Of a stretch of DNA of 64,000 nucleotides, positions 44,869 to 52,163 are shown piece by piece. How positions within the stretch are numbered: position 1 is the first letter of the stretch; each line of letters starts with the position of its first letter. The notes beneath the pieces were generated by a model that saw only the letters and a program-made list of their open reading frames with translations, searched no databases and was not told where the DNA came from. The stretch is from Novosphingopyxis sp. (GTDB lineage: Bacteria; Pseudomonadota; Alphaproteobacteria; Sphingomonadales; Sphingomonadaceae): the NCBI RefSeq assembly GCF_965218915.1, contig NZ_OZ244711.1, forward strand, positions 8,529 to 72,528, given 5' to 3'. The translations under genes were made by a program, and so were the position numbers.

Positions 44869-45129
44869 GGACACGCCCATGCCGCCTCTTGATGGGCTGA
44901 TCTGGCCGCAGGACGGCTGACGCCTCGATCGCCTCTGCCGCAATGGCGGCCGGGCGGCTATTTTCCGCCGGCGCGAGCGCCTTTGCATCGCGAAACAAAA
45001 TAGCCGCCCGGCCGCCATCCTCCGCTGCGCTATGGCCTGCACGCAGGTGCGGCGTCGATCGCCTGCGGCCTGTCGATCGCCATCGAGGCCGCGATAGGCG
45101 TGGTCCCGAGGGACAGACAGGAGAGCACC
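44869..45129 (+). repeat. structured intergenic element, copy D (perfect 20-bp stem)
   Basis: Invariant box 44897-44931. Stem GGCGGCCGGGCGGCTATTTT (44945-44964) / AAAATAGCCGCCCGGCCGCC (44997-45016). RBS CAGGAGAGCACC before ATG 45130. Confidence 0.7.
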
Positions 45130-45444
45130 ATGGCGACTATCGGGACCTTCACCCGCTCGGCCGGCGGCACCTTCACCGGCGCGGTCAAGACCCTCAGCAT
45201 CAACGCCAAGACCACGATCAAGCCGGCCGACAAGGCCAGCGACAAGGCGCCCGACTACCGCGTCTTCGCCGGGTCTAGCGTGGAGTTCGGCGCCGCTTGG
45301 AAGAAGACCTCCGGCGAGGGCCGCGCTTATCTCTCGGTCAAGCTCGACGATCCCAGCTTCCCGGCTCCGATCTATGCCACCCTGGTCGAGGGCGAGGAAA
45401 CCGGCAGCTACAGCTTGATCTGGTCCCGCCGCAACGGGGACTAA
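45130..45444 (+). CDS. DUF736 domain-containing protein (paralog 2)
   Basis: 104 aa. [45 protein letters not shown]... is about 80% identical to the 40525-40836 product by eye. Confidence 0.85.
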   Translation: MATIGTFTRSAGGTFTGAVKTLSINAKTTIKPADKASDKAPDYRVFAGSSVEFGAAWKKTSGEGRAYLSVKLDDPSFPAPIYATLVEGEETGSYSLIWSRRNGD

Positions 45445-45452
45445 CCTGGTTT

Positions 45453-45485
45453 GGCCCCGTGCCACCGCGCGGGGCCGCTTCCCTT
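45453..45485 (+). terminator. hairpin after DUF736 gene 2
   Basis: GGCCCCG-N10-CGGGGCC followed by a GCTTCCCTT pyrimidine run. Weak. Confidence 0.35.
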
Positions 45486-46054
45486 GCGCTCCACTGGCCA
45501 CCCTGACCAGGCGGCATTCAGATCCGCTCCGCCGCCCAACCCGGCGGCGGTCCCATGCAGGCCGATGCTGTGAACCCAGCTACCAGGTAGACCGGAGCCA
45601 GTCGGCCGCCGCAGCCCCGAACGGGCGCGGGAGAACGCCCCTAGACGGTAACGCAGCCAGTCGGACAGACGGTGCGTGATGGCGAAGTCGGGCGGATGCG
45701 CTCGGCCAGCGTGGATTTCTTAGAGGAACAAGCAAGAACAACGGGCGCGCGAGCCGGTTACCTCTCGTCCCCTGCCCTGCCCCGGGTCGATCGAGACTAG
45801 GGGAGCGCCTTCACTGCCCTTCCATCGTAACCGGCGGCCAAGGTCGAACTGCCTCAACACCGCTACGCGCCGCTGGGCGGCTCCGGCCCGTCCGCCACGC
45901 CAGGACAGGACCGCGTAGCCCGCAAGGCGGTGCGCCTCGCGTCCTCCGCAGCCCGGCCCCGCTCGCGCACAGGCCTCCGGTGCTGACCCAGTCCGAGGGC
46001 CGCCGGGTCGTGCTGAGCACCAGCAACGGGCTGGGATCCAGAGGAGCAGCGAGC

Positions 46055-46231
46055 ATGACCACGATCCGCACCGGCACCACCCTGACCAACCGCGACATCC
46101 GTCGGCTTGAGCGCCACGGCTATGAGATCCTCGCCATTGAGACCCGCCAGGTGGATGCGGGACCTCGGGAGACGATTATCTGGGGACGCGAGGACGACCT
46201 TGGCATACCGGAACACTCCTTGCCCTTCTGA
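46055..46231 (+). CDS. small hypothetical protein (58 aa)
   Basis: ATG behind GAGGAG. MTTIRTGTTLTNRDIRRLERHGYEILAIETRQVDAGPRETIIWGRE... is followed by a GGCCGG/CCGGCC hairpin plus TTT at about 46241-46275. Confidence 0.35.
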   Translation: MTTIRTGTTLTNRDIRRLERHGYEILAIETRQVDAGPRETIIWGREDDLGIPEHSLPF

Positions 46232-46381
46232 CGAGCGGTGCAGGGCCGGTCCGCAAGGGCCGGCCTTTCGTCCGGCCGCCGGGAACCCGCGAAGAATAAG
46301 GATTGTAAGCAATCGCGCTTATGCGGCATCCTGCCATCCGGACAGGATACCATCCGGTAATCCCATAATCTGGATTGACGC

Positions 46382-47047
46382 ATGAAGATCGTTGCAGTCG
46401 TGTCGCAGAAGGGAGGCGCCGGCAAGACGACACTGGCGCTGCACATCGCCGTCGCTGCCGAGCGCACGGGTTTGTCGGCGGCGATCCTGGATATGGACCC
46501 GCAAGGAACGGCCGAGCGATGGAGCGAATGGCGCAAGGAGGAACCGCCGGCGGTCGTAGCGGCCAAAGCAACCACGCTCAACCGCCGGCTCGAGCAGGCG
46601 AGGGCAGGGGAGGGGGATCTGGTGGTGATCGACACGCCGCCCCTGGCTCAGACCGAGGCGCGTGAGGCTGCCCGCATCGCCGACCTCATCCTGATCCCCT
46701 GCCGGCCCTCCGCGTTCGACCTCGACGCCATCCGCATCACGGCCGACCTGGCGAACGACATCCGCAAGCCGGCCTTCGTCGTGGTGAACGCCGGGCCGCC
46801 GCACGGAACGGCCGTCTACAAGGACGTCGCCGAGACCGTAGAGCGCTTCGGGCTGCGAGTGGCGCCGACACGCCTCGCGGAGCGCGCAGCCTTTCGGCAT
46901 GCCGTCCGAGAAGGCAAGTCGGTGCAGGAGCTGGAGCCCGATAGCCGGGCGGCCGAGGAAGTCGCGTTGCTCTGGGAATGGATTGCAGGACAACTTGGCA
47001 TCCCCCAATCCCGCAATCCGGCAATCCGCACGAAAGCTGAGGCATGA
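46382..47047 (+). CDS. parA: ParA-family partition ATPase
   Basis: MKIVAVVSQKGGAGKTTLALHIA is a deviant Walker A. DLVVIDTPP is Walker B. Confidence 0.9.
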   Translation: MKIVAVVSQKGGAGKTTLALHIAVAAERTGLSAAILDMDPQGTAERWSEWRKEEPPAVVAAKATTLNRRLEQARAGEGDLVVIDTPPLAQTEAREAARIADLILIPCRPSAFDLDAIRITADLANDIRKPAFVVVNAGPPHGTAVYKDVAETVERFGLRVAPTRLAERAAFRHAVREGKSVQELEPDSRAAEEVALLWEWIAGQLGIPQSRNPAIRTKAEA

Positions 47048-47304
47048 GGAAGAACGTCTTCTCGAACGTCGCAGAGCGTGAGCCCAAGACTGCAGCGGCC
47101 CCGCCCTCCGTCGCCGACACTCCGCAGAGCTATCCCAAGCATCGCCAGGGCAAGAAGGCCCTGATCGCCTACTTCTCGCCTGCGGTCAGCAAGGCACTGC
47201 GGCAGATGGCCCTCGACGAGGATTCCACCATGCAGTCCCTGCTCGGGGAGGCGATTGACCTTCTCATGCGGGATAGAGGGAAACATCCGTTTGGGGAGCG
47301 CTAA
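47044..47304 (+). CDS. ribbon-helix-helix partition protein (ParG/CopG-like centromere binder)
   Basis: 86 aa. ATGA overlap with parA. KKALIAYFSPAVSKALRQMALDEDSTMQSLLGEAIDLLM shows an RHH pattern. Confidence 0.6.
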   Translation: MRKNVFSNVAEREPKTAAAPPSVADTPQSYPKHRQGKKALIAYFSPAVSKALRQMALDEDSTMQSLLGEAIDLLMRDRGKHPFGER

Positions 47305-47323
47305 GCGTGCCTCGCGATACCCC

Positions 47324-47544
47324 GCGACCAGACTCCACACAGCGACGGAAATCCGACTCGGGAGCGGGCGCAAGCGTCAGGCGCGGCACGTGGCCAGCTT
47401 TTATCCACAGAGTGGCCGTGGAGTCTGGTCGCAGCCTTTGTGGAGTCTAGACGCGCGACTCGTAGTTATCCCGTGGAGTCTGGTCGCACACACTAATAGT
47501 AAGAACAAATAATCCTTCAAATAGCCTGCGCGACTAGACTCCAA
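47324..47544. repeat. iteron / centromere-like 15-bp repeat cluster (5 copies)
   Basis: GTGGAGTCTGGTCGC at 47418 and 47473, and the variant GTGGAGTCTAGACGC at 47440 (spacings 22 and 33 bp). Inverted copies lie at 47324-47338 and 47530-47544. Confidence 0.7.
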
Positions 47545-47570
47545 ATTGCATTAGACAGGAAAAGTGGGCC

Positions 47571-48482
47571 ATGAACCTGATTATGGCTGAAGTGCATCGA
47601 TTGATTGCGCAGAAGGGTGTCGAGGAGGCTCGCCGACAGGCGATCACCAAGCACGAGCGGGTGATCGTCGAGGCGGCGTACCAAGTTCTCAGCGAAGAGG
47701 CCGACAAGCTGGGGTTCACCTACTCCGGCTTCGCCCTGACGTCGCTTCCGCACAAGCCGCAAACGGACATGGTCTGGCGTCGGGAAGGTCATAATCTAAC
47801 GATGCTGGTCCAGAGCGGCGTCGACCGGTCGGGTGCGGCGCTTGGCGTTCCCTACGGCTCCTACGCGCGCTTCATCCTGCTGTTCTTGCAGAGCGAGGCG
47901 ATCAAGACCGGCAGCCGGGAGATCGAGCTGGGCCGGTCGATGCGTGTTTGGCTCGGGAACATGGGGCTCTCGATCGGCGGAACGACCTATCGGCTCGTCA
48001 ACGAACAGGCCCGGCGGATTTCCGGCTGCACACTGACCTTTTACGCCGATCGCGACCACAAGGAGATCATGCGTCGCGGCGGCTTCGTCGATGGCGCAAT
48101 CACGATGGCGGACATGGCGGGAGATCAGCCAAGCCTCTGGCAGGAGCGGGTGCTGCTCAACGAGGAATTCCATCGAGCGCTGCAGAATCACCCCGTGCCG
48201 CTCAGCGAAGCCGCGCTGCGAGCGATCGGCCCGCGGAGCATGGTGCTCGACATCTACATCTGGCTCGCCTACCGCCTGCACGCCTTGAAAACCGACGTTG
48301 AGGTATCGTGGCCGTCGCTCTACGCTCAGTTCGGCGCCGGCTACGGGCGACTTAGAGATTTTCGCGCGGGTTTCCTGGCAGGCCTGGAACTCGCCGTGGC
48401 CGTTTATCCTGAAGCTCGTATCGGACTTGACGATCACGGGGTGGTACTAAGGCCATCCCGACCGGCGGTCGCCAAGTCTTAA
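47571..48482 (+). CDS. repA: plasmid replication initiator RepA (RPA-type family common on alphaproteobacterial plasmids)
   Basis: 303 aa. FTYSGFALTSLPHK...GVPYGSYARFILLFLQSEAIKTGSREIELGRSMRVWLGNMGLSIGGTTYR matches the plasmid-encoded RepA family as I recall it. Flanked by iterons. Confidence 0.8.
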   Translation: MNLIMAEVHRLIAQKGVEEARRQAITKHERVIVEAAYQVLSEEADKLGFTYSGFALTSLPHKPQTDMVWRREGHNLTMLVQSGVDRSGAALGVPYGSYARFILLFLQSEAIKTGSREIELGRSMRVWLGNMGLSIGGTTYRLVNEQARRISGCTLTFYADRDHKEIMRRGGFVDGAITMADMAGDQPSLWQERVLLNEEFHRALQNHPVPLSEAALRAIGPRSMVLDIYIWLAYRLHALKTDVEVSWPSLYAQFGAGYGRLRDFRAGFLAGLELAVAVYPEARIGLDDHGVVLRPSRPAVAKS

Positions 48483-48487
48483 GCCGT

Positions 48488-48502
48488 GTGGAGTCTGGTC
48501 GC
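48488..48502 (+). repeat. sixth iteron copy immediately after the repA stop
   Basis: GTGGAGTCTGGTCGC, identical to the 47418 and 47473 copies. Confidence 0.7.
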
Positions 48503-48697
48503 GCTTCTGGATGGTAAACGCAGGACTGCGCCGGGCCTGCCCTGGCTGATTGTCGCAGAAGGGTGGACAGCAGACGTAGCCAGCGGCGTCTCGCCTGTTG
48601 TCAAAGCTAGCCTGGCGTAGCTACGTCCGCATCTTGCGGGATAGTTGCTTTTTGGCATCGAGTCATTCAGGTTGAACTTGCACCGTTTGGAGCGGCA

Positions 48698-49378
48698 TTG
48701 ATGAGATGGATGGTCCCTGTGATGCTGACTGTGGCAACCACGCTCTTCCTGAACAGCACGACCGGCGCGCATGCGCAAAAACCGCCTGACTTGGTTCCGA
48801 TCTTCAATCTGACGAACGGCTATGACCGGATCATGGTCAATAACTGTGCAGCTCGCAGAGAAGGAACCTTTAGTCGCGGCTTCGGTGATTTGGGTGTGTT
48901 GGGTTACTGGGCGACCAAGCCAGGACCGGGCCTTGTCAGGCTCTACCAGTTCGTAGGCGGTAGCCAGCATGTATATAGGCAAGACAACGGACCATTAAAT
49001 GTCGGGTTCAAGAAGGAAACACCCGAGTTATACGTCAGCGCGGCGCAGCAACCAGGAACCATCCCCCTGTGGGAGGTTTGGTTTAACGGGAGTGACAGGC
49101 ACCGCGAGTTCGTCACCAGCCCGTTACCCACCGACCAAGTAGGCGGGCCGGGGCGTTCGGTGACGCTTTTGGGCTATGTATGGGACGACAAGACCGACCC
49201 TTGCCCAACTCCGCTTCCAGTCTGGGAAGGGGTATGTTCTTGCAACGTTAGTACTTCTGATTTTTCTTGCCACGGTAGGTTTACTCTACAGGCACGAAGT
49301 CTGGGTGCTCTTCGGGAGTTGTGTGCCAGCCGTACCGCAGGTCGTGGCGGGCTAGAGTCGTCAAAGCACGTGCAGTAA
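48698..49378 (+). CDS. secreted hypothetical protein
   Basis: 226 aa. Signal peptide MMRWMVPVMLTVATTLFLNSTTGAHA, a Cys-rich C-terminus, and noticeably lower GC than surrounding DNA. Confidence 0.5.
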   Translation: MMRWMVPVMLTVATTLFLNSTTGAHAQKPPDLVPIFNLTNGYDRIMVNNCAARREGTFSRGFGDLGVLGYWATKPGPGLVRLYQFVGGSQHVYRQDNGPLNVGFKKETPELYVSAAQQPGTIPLWEVWFNGSDRHREFVTSPLPTDQVGGPGRSVTLLGYVWDDKTDPCPTPLPVWEGVCSCNVSTSDFSCHGRFTLQARSLGALRELCASRTAGRGGLESSKHVQ

Positions 49379-49585
49379 AGTTCCAATCATTTCCTCGCCT
49401 TGAGCTTTCAGCGAACGCACCACATGACCATGAGATCAAAAACTAAGCTCTAACAGGCCCTTAGCTTTGCGTCCGTTATCTGCCGAAGAGGCGCCCGAGG
49501 CTGCCGTTCCGCTCCTGACCAAGGTCGGTAGTTTGCGGAAGTCTGCAAAGTATCGAGAGCGGCGGTAGCAGCGCTCGCTCTGTGC

Positions 49586-49843
49586 TCACGGCTTGGCGCA
49601 AGACGGACCCCTGACCATGTCGTCCGCGCTGCAAGAGTAAGTTGCTCCGTTCCGGGCTGTCGCGGTCCACCTCACCTCTGTCGCGCCGCGCTGCACGTTC
49701 GAGATGCCTACGCTCTCCGGCGAGGTGTTGTTGCCGATGAGTCTGGCCGACGCGCGTTGGAGGTTGTCTGTCGAGCTGGCGCACCCTGCGAGAGCTATTA
49801 GACTTGCCCCGCACATCGATCCCACCTGCCACCTCGTTCGCAT
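49586..49843 (-). CDS. small putative lipoprotein
   Basis: Internal ATG 49843 gives MRTRWQVGSMCGASLIALAGCASS (lipobox LAGC). 85 aa. Confidence 0.4.
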   Translation of the reverse strand: MRTRWQVGSMCGASLIALAGCASSTDNLQRASARLIGNNTSPESVGISNVQRGATEVRWTATARNGATYSCSADDMVRGPSCAKP

Positions 49844-49886
49844 GTTGATACCTCCACACAATAGAGACTTGCAGCCGCTGTACCGT

Positions 49887-50465
49887 TCAGCGTCCTGCCA
49901 TTCCCAGGATGCTCGCTTGATCGAGCCTGATCCAGGCGGCGCAGATACGTCCCATGCCGTCGGGCGCTGGCTGTATCGTCTCGCCTCGACAGGACGCGGC
50001 GACCTCGCCAGGTCGCACCTGCAAAGTGATGGCGCTCCCGCGCGCACCGAGCCAGTAGCCCCCGCCCAAGGCCGCGAGGATTAGAGCTGCCATCCCTACG
50101 CCCGAGATCAACATGGCGCGGGCCACGGCTCCCCGCGCGAACCGCCATGCCTCAGACTTGACGGCGGCGCTCGCGAGCGCGCCGACCCGTTCAGCCAGCA
50201 CGCGCTCGGCGTCGGGCGAGAGTGGCCGGGCGGCTTCCGCCATTACTCCGGCCACTTCCGCCGTCCATTCGATGAGGCCACGACTCGCGGCAAGCACGGG
50301 TTCGATGGGATCCCCCGGCTTGATTTCTGCCCCACGGACCGCTTCGTCATGCCGGGCAAGCTGCTCGGCTGCTGCCCGTCGGATGCGGTCTGCCGCCGTT
50401 TCGTCCATTGGCGCCGGGCGCGTTACCGCTCTTTTCGTCTCGGCCACGCCGGCTACGGCAGCCAT
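49887..50465 (-). CDS. hypothetical membrane protein (third gene of the StbAB-like operon)
   Basis: Start set at ATG 50465 (MAAVAGVAETKR...). One TM segment (MLISGVGMAALILAALGGGYWLG). Overlaps the upstream ATPase gene end by 13 nt. Confidence 0.45.
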   Translation of the reverse strand: MAAVAGVAETKRAVTRPAPMDETAADRIRRAAAEQLARHDEAVRGAEIKPGDPIEPVLAASRGLIEWTAEVAGVMAEAARPLSPDAERVLAERVGALASAAVKSEAWRFARGAVARAMLISGVGMAALILAALGGGYWLGARGSAITLQVRPGEVAASCRGETIQPAPDGMGRICAAWIRLDQASILGMAGR

Positions 50466-51253
50466 GGCGATACCCTCTCCAGCTCTGCGTGGAGGCGCCG
50501 CCGGAAGGTTGCGACCATTTGTCGGTGCGCCAAACCCAATGGCGAGCTGCGCGCCATTGCCTGCTCGAAGCTCAGCCCCGCATCGTCCACCAAGTTCATG
50601 CACCCGAGCGTGGGCACCACGATCTCGCGGGCGCCTCGTGCGATTGCTGACCGATAGATCGGGTTTCCCCGCACACGCCGGAACACCACTTCCGCCGGGC
50701 GGGTGTCGCCCACGGGACCCGCGTTCAGGGCTAGGATCGTGGCGGCCGGCGTGAACAAGCCGTCGCCCTCCGTGCGCTCGAGCACGGCCAGGTCGCTCAC
50801 GGTCGGCAGAATCAGATGGATTGCGACCGGGTCGATTGCCGCGCGGGCATCGGCCAGCATAGCGACGATCTCGCGCTCGCGAGCGTAGTCTGGGAACACC
50901 AGATCGCCGCCACCCATGTCGAGCACACGCGAGCGGCCGTCGCCTTCCATCTCGGACACCTCAGCGTCGAGCCACGCCTTCACGGTCGTATCGTCGGCAT
51001 AGTCGGGCCGTCGCACGCGCCGGGCTGAGGTTCCTGCTGCGTCGGTTTCGGTGAATAGACTTGCCAAGTAGGCGTCGTTCCGGTCGCCATCGAGGATAAG
51101 CGGGTCGCGACCTTGTTCGCGGGCTCGCTCCACGATGGCCCGGCCGAGCAGGCTTTTGCCGGAGTTCTGTGGCCCGAGCAAGACTAACAGCTTGGAGGAG
51201 ACCGGTTTCGGCTCCAACTCGATGACGTTCTCGACCGTCGCTGTCTTGGGCAT
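50453..51253 (-). CDS. P-loop NTPase (ParA/StbB-like by position)
   Basis: 266 aa. Walker A LLVLLGPQNSGKSLLGRAI and Walker B-like RVLDMGGGD. Second gene leftward from the candidate oriT. Confidence 0.6.
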   Translation of the reverse strand: MPKTATVENVIELEPKPVSSKLLVLLGPQNSGKSLLGRAIVERAREQGRDPLILDGDRNDAYLASLFTETDAAGTSARRVRRPDYADDTTVKAWLDAEVSEMEGDGRSRVLDMGGGDLVFPDYAREREIVAMLADARAAIDPVAIHLILPTVSDLAVLERTEGDGLFTPAATILALNAGPVGDTRPAEVVFRRVRGNPIYRSAIARGAREIVVPTLGCMNLVDDAGLSFEQAMARSSPLGLAHRQMVATFRRRLHAELERVSPWLP

Positions 51254-51265
51254 TGTTCCTTCCTC

Positions 51266-51712
51266 CTACGTCAGGTTGCGCTTCTTGAGCGGCGGCATTC
51301 TCGGCCGATTGTCGGCGAGAGGCGGCAACGCGGGTGGTTCGCCGGGCTGGCGAGCCGGAAGGGGAGGGGAAGGCTGGGCCATGGCCCACACCCCTTGCGG
51401 CATCACACTGCGGCTGGACGTCGGCGAGGGTGGCGCCGCTATTGCCCCAGCCTTTACATCCCGCCGCACACGCCACCACGCATCGCGGACACCGCGAGCG
51501 GTCGGCGGCTTTCCGTCGATGTCGAGAATGCCCTGCTCGCCGAGGAAGGCTGCGAGGATCTGCCAGGCAGGGGCGTTCCTAGTGAACCCGGCAATCAGCT
51601 CGTCATGGTACCGACGGAACCAGAGATACACGGGCGAGCGACGGCCATGACCGCGGCCAGTCGCCTGTGCCAGGACAGCGAGGGCGTTTGCAGCGTTCGG
51701 AGACTTGCGCAT
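51266..51712 (-). CDS. hypothetical basic protein, candidate DNA-binding (StbA-like by position)
   Basis: Start set at in-frame ATG 51712 (MRKSPNAANALAVLAQATGRGHGRRSPVYLWFRRYHDELIAGF...). Pro-rich tail. First gene next to the 9-bp direct repeats. Confidence 0.45.
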   Translation of the reverse strand: MRKSPNAANALAVLAQATGRGHGRRSPVYLWFRRYHDELIAGFTRNAPAWQILAAFLGEQGILDIDGKPPTARGVRDAWWRVRRDVKAGAIAAPPSPTSSRSVMPQGVWAMAQPSPPLPARQPGEPPALPPLADNRPRMPPLKKRNLT

Positions 51713-51724
51713 AGGCCAACGATA

Positions 51725-51836
51725 GGTGTCGGACTTGTGTCGGATCAACTGCCGGACAAGTGTCGGACTAACGTCGCACCAAAGTGGTGGGCAATGGGTT
51801 ATAGACCAAGGCACCCTAGCGGGTGCTTGTTGCGCC
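51725..51836 (-). promoter_or_regulatory. candidate oriT: three phased 9-bp direct repeats plus an IR with a MOBF-like nic motif on the minus strand
   Basis: GTGTCGGAC/T at 51725, 51736 and 51759. IR GCACCC-TAGC-GGGTGC at 51811-51826. The minus strand reads GGGTGCCTTGGTCT/ATAACCCATTG, compared with the R388 nic region GGTGCGTATTGTCT/ATAGCCCAG (from memory). Confidence 0.5.
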
Positions 51837-51863
51837 TGCTCGCGCGCCTTCCTACAGTGAGTC

Positions 51864-52151
51864 ATGATCAATCCCACTGAAGCGCTCAGGGCCGAAGTCG
51901 CCGGGCTGCGAACCGACGTCCAAGCTCTCACGAGCGGCCTGATGCTGATGCTCGAAGTACAGGAGACACACGGCGAACTGCTGCGCGAGCTGGGCGAAGC
52001 ACTGGGACAGGAGCCGGACGGCCCCAGCCCGGTGGCGGAAGCGCTCGAGGCGCTCGCAGCAATTGGCCGAGACCAGACCGCCGCGATTGAACGACTCAGC
52101 CAGCGTATCGTGGGCGCCACCCTTCGCGGCGTCGGGTCGCCGGCGTCGTAG
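51864..52151 (+). CDS. small coiled-coil protein upstream of the relaxase (possible relaxosome accessory factor)
   Basis: 95 aa, helical heptad-like sequence. Ends 13 nt before the relaxase GTG. Confidence 0.4.
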   Translation: MINPTEALRAEVAGLRTDVQALTSGLMLMLEVQETHGELLRELGEALGQEPDGPSPVAEALEALAAIGRDQTAAIERLSQRIVGATLRGVGSPAS

Positions 52152-52163
52152 GCGGTCCGCCGG

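Noticed and set aside
45500-46054. Possible sixth copy of the structured element upstream of the 58-aa ORF (shares TCCTCCGC and GC-rich hairpins).
   Set aside because: Similarity is limited to short GC-rich strings. Neither the invariant 35-mer nor the 20-bp stem is present, which is not enough to call a copy.
47324-47544. Possible CRISPR-like array because of the regularly spaced 15-bp repeats.
   Set aside because: The repeats are only 15 bp, with mixed orientation and 7-18-bp gaps. They flank a rep gene and there are no cas genes. This fits iterons or a centromere.
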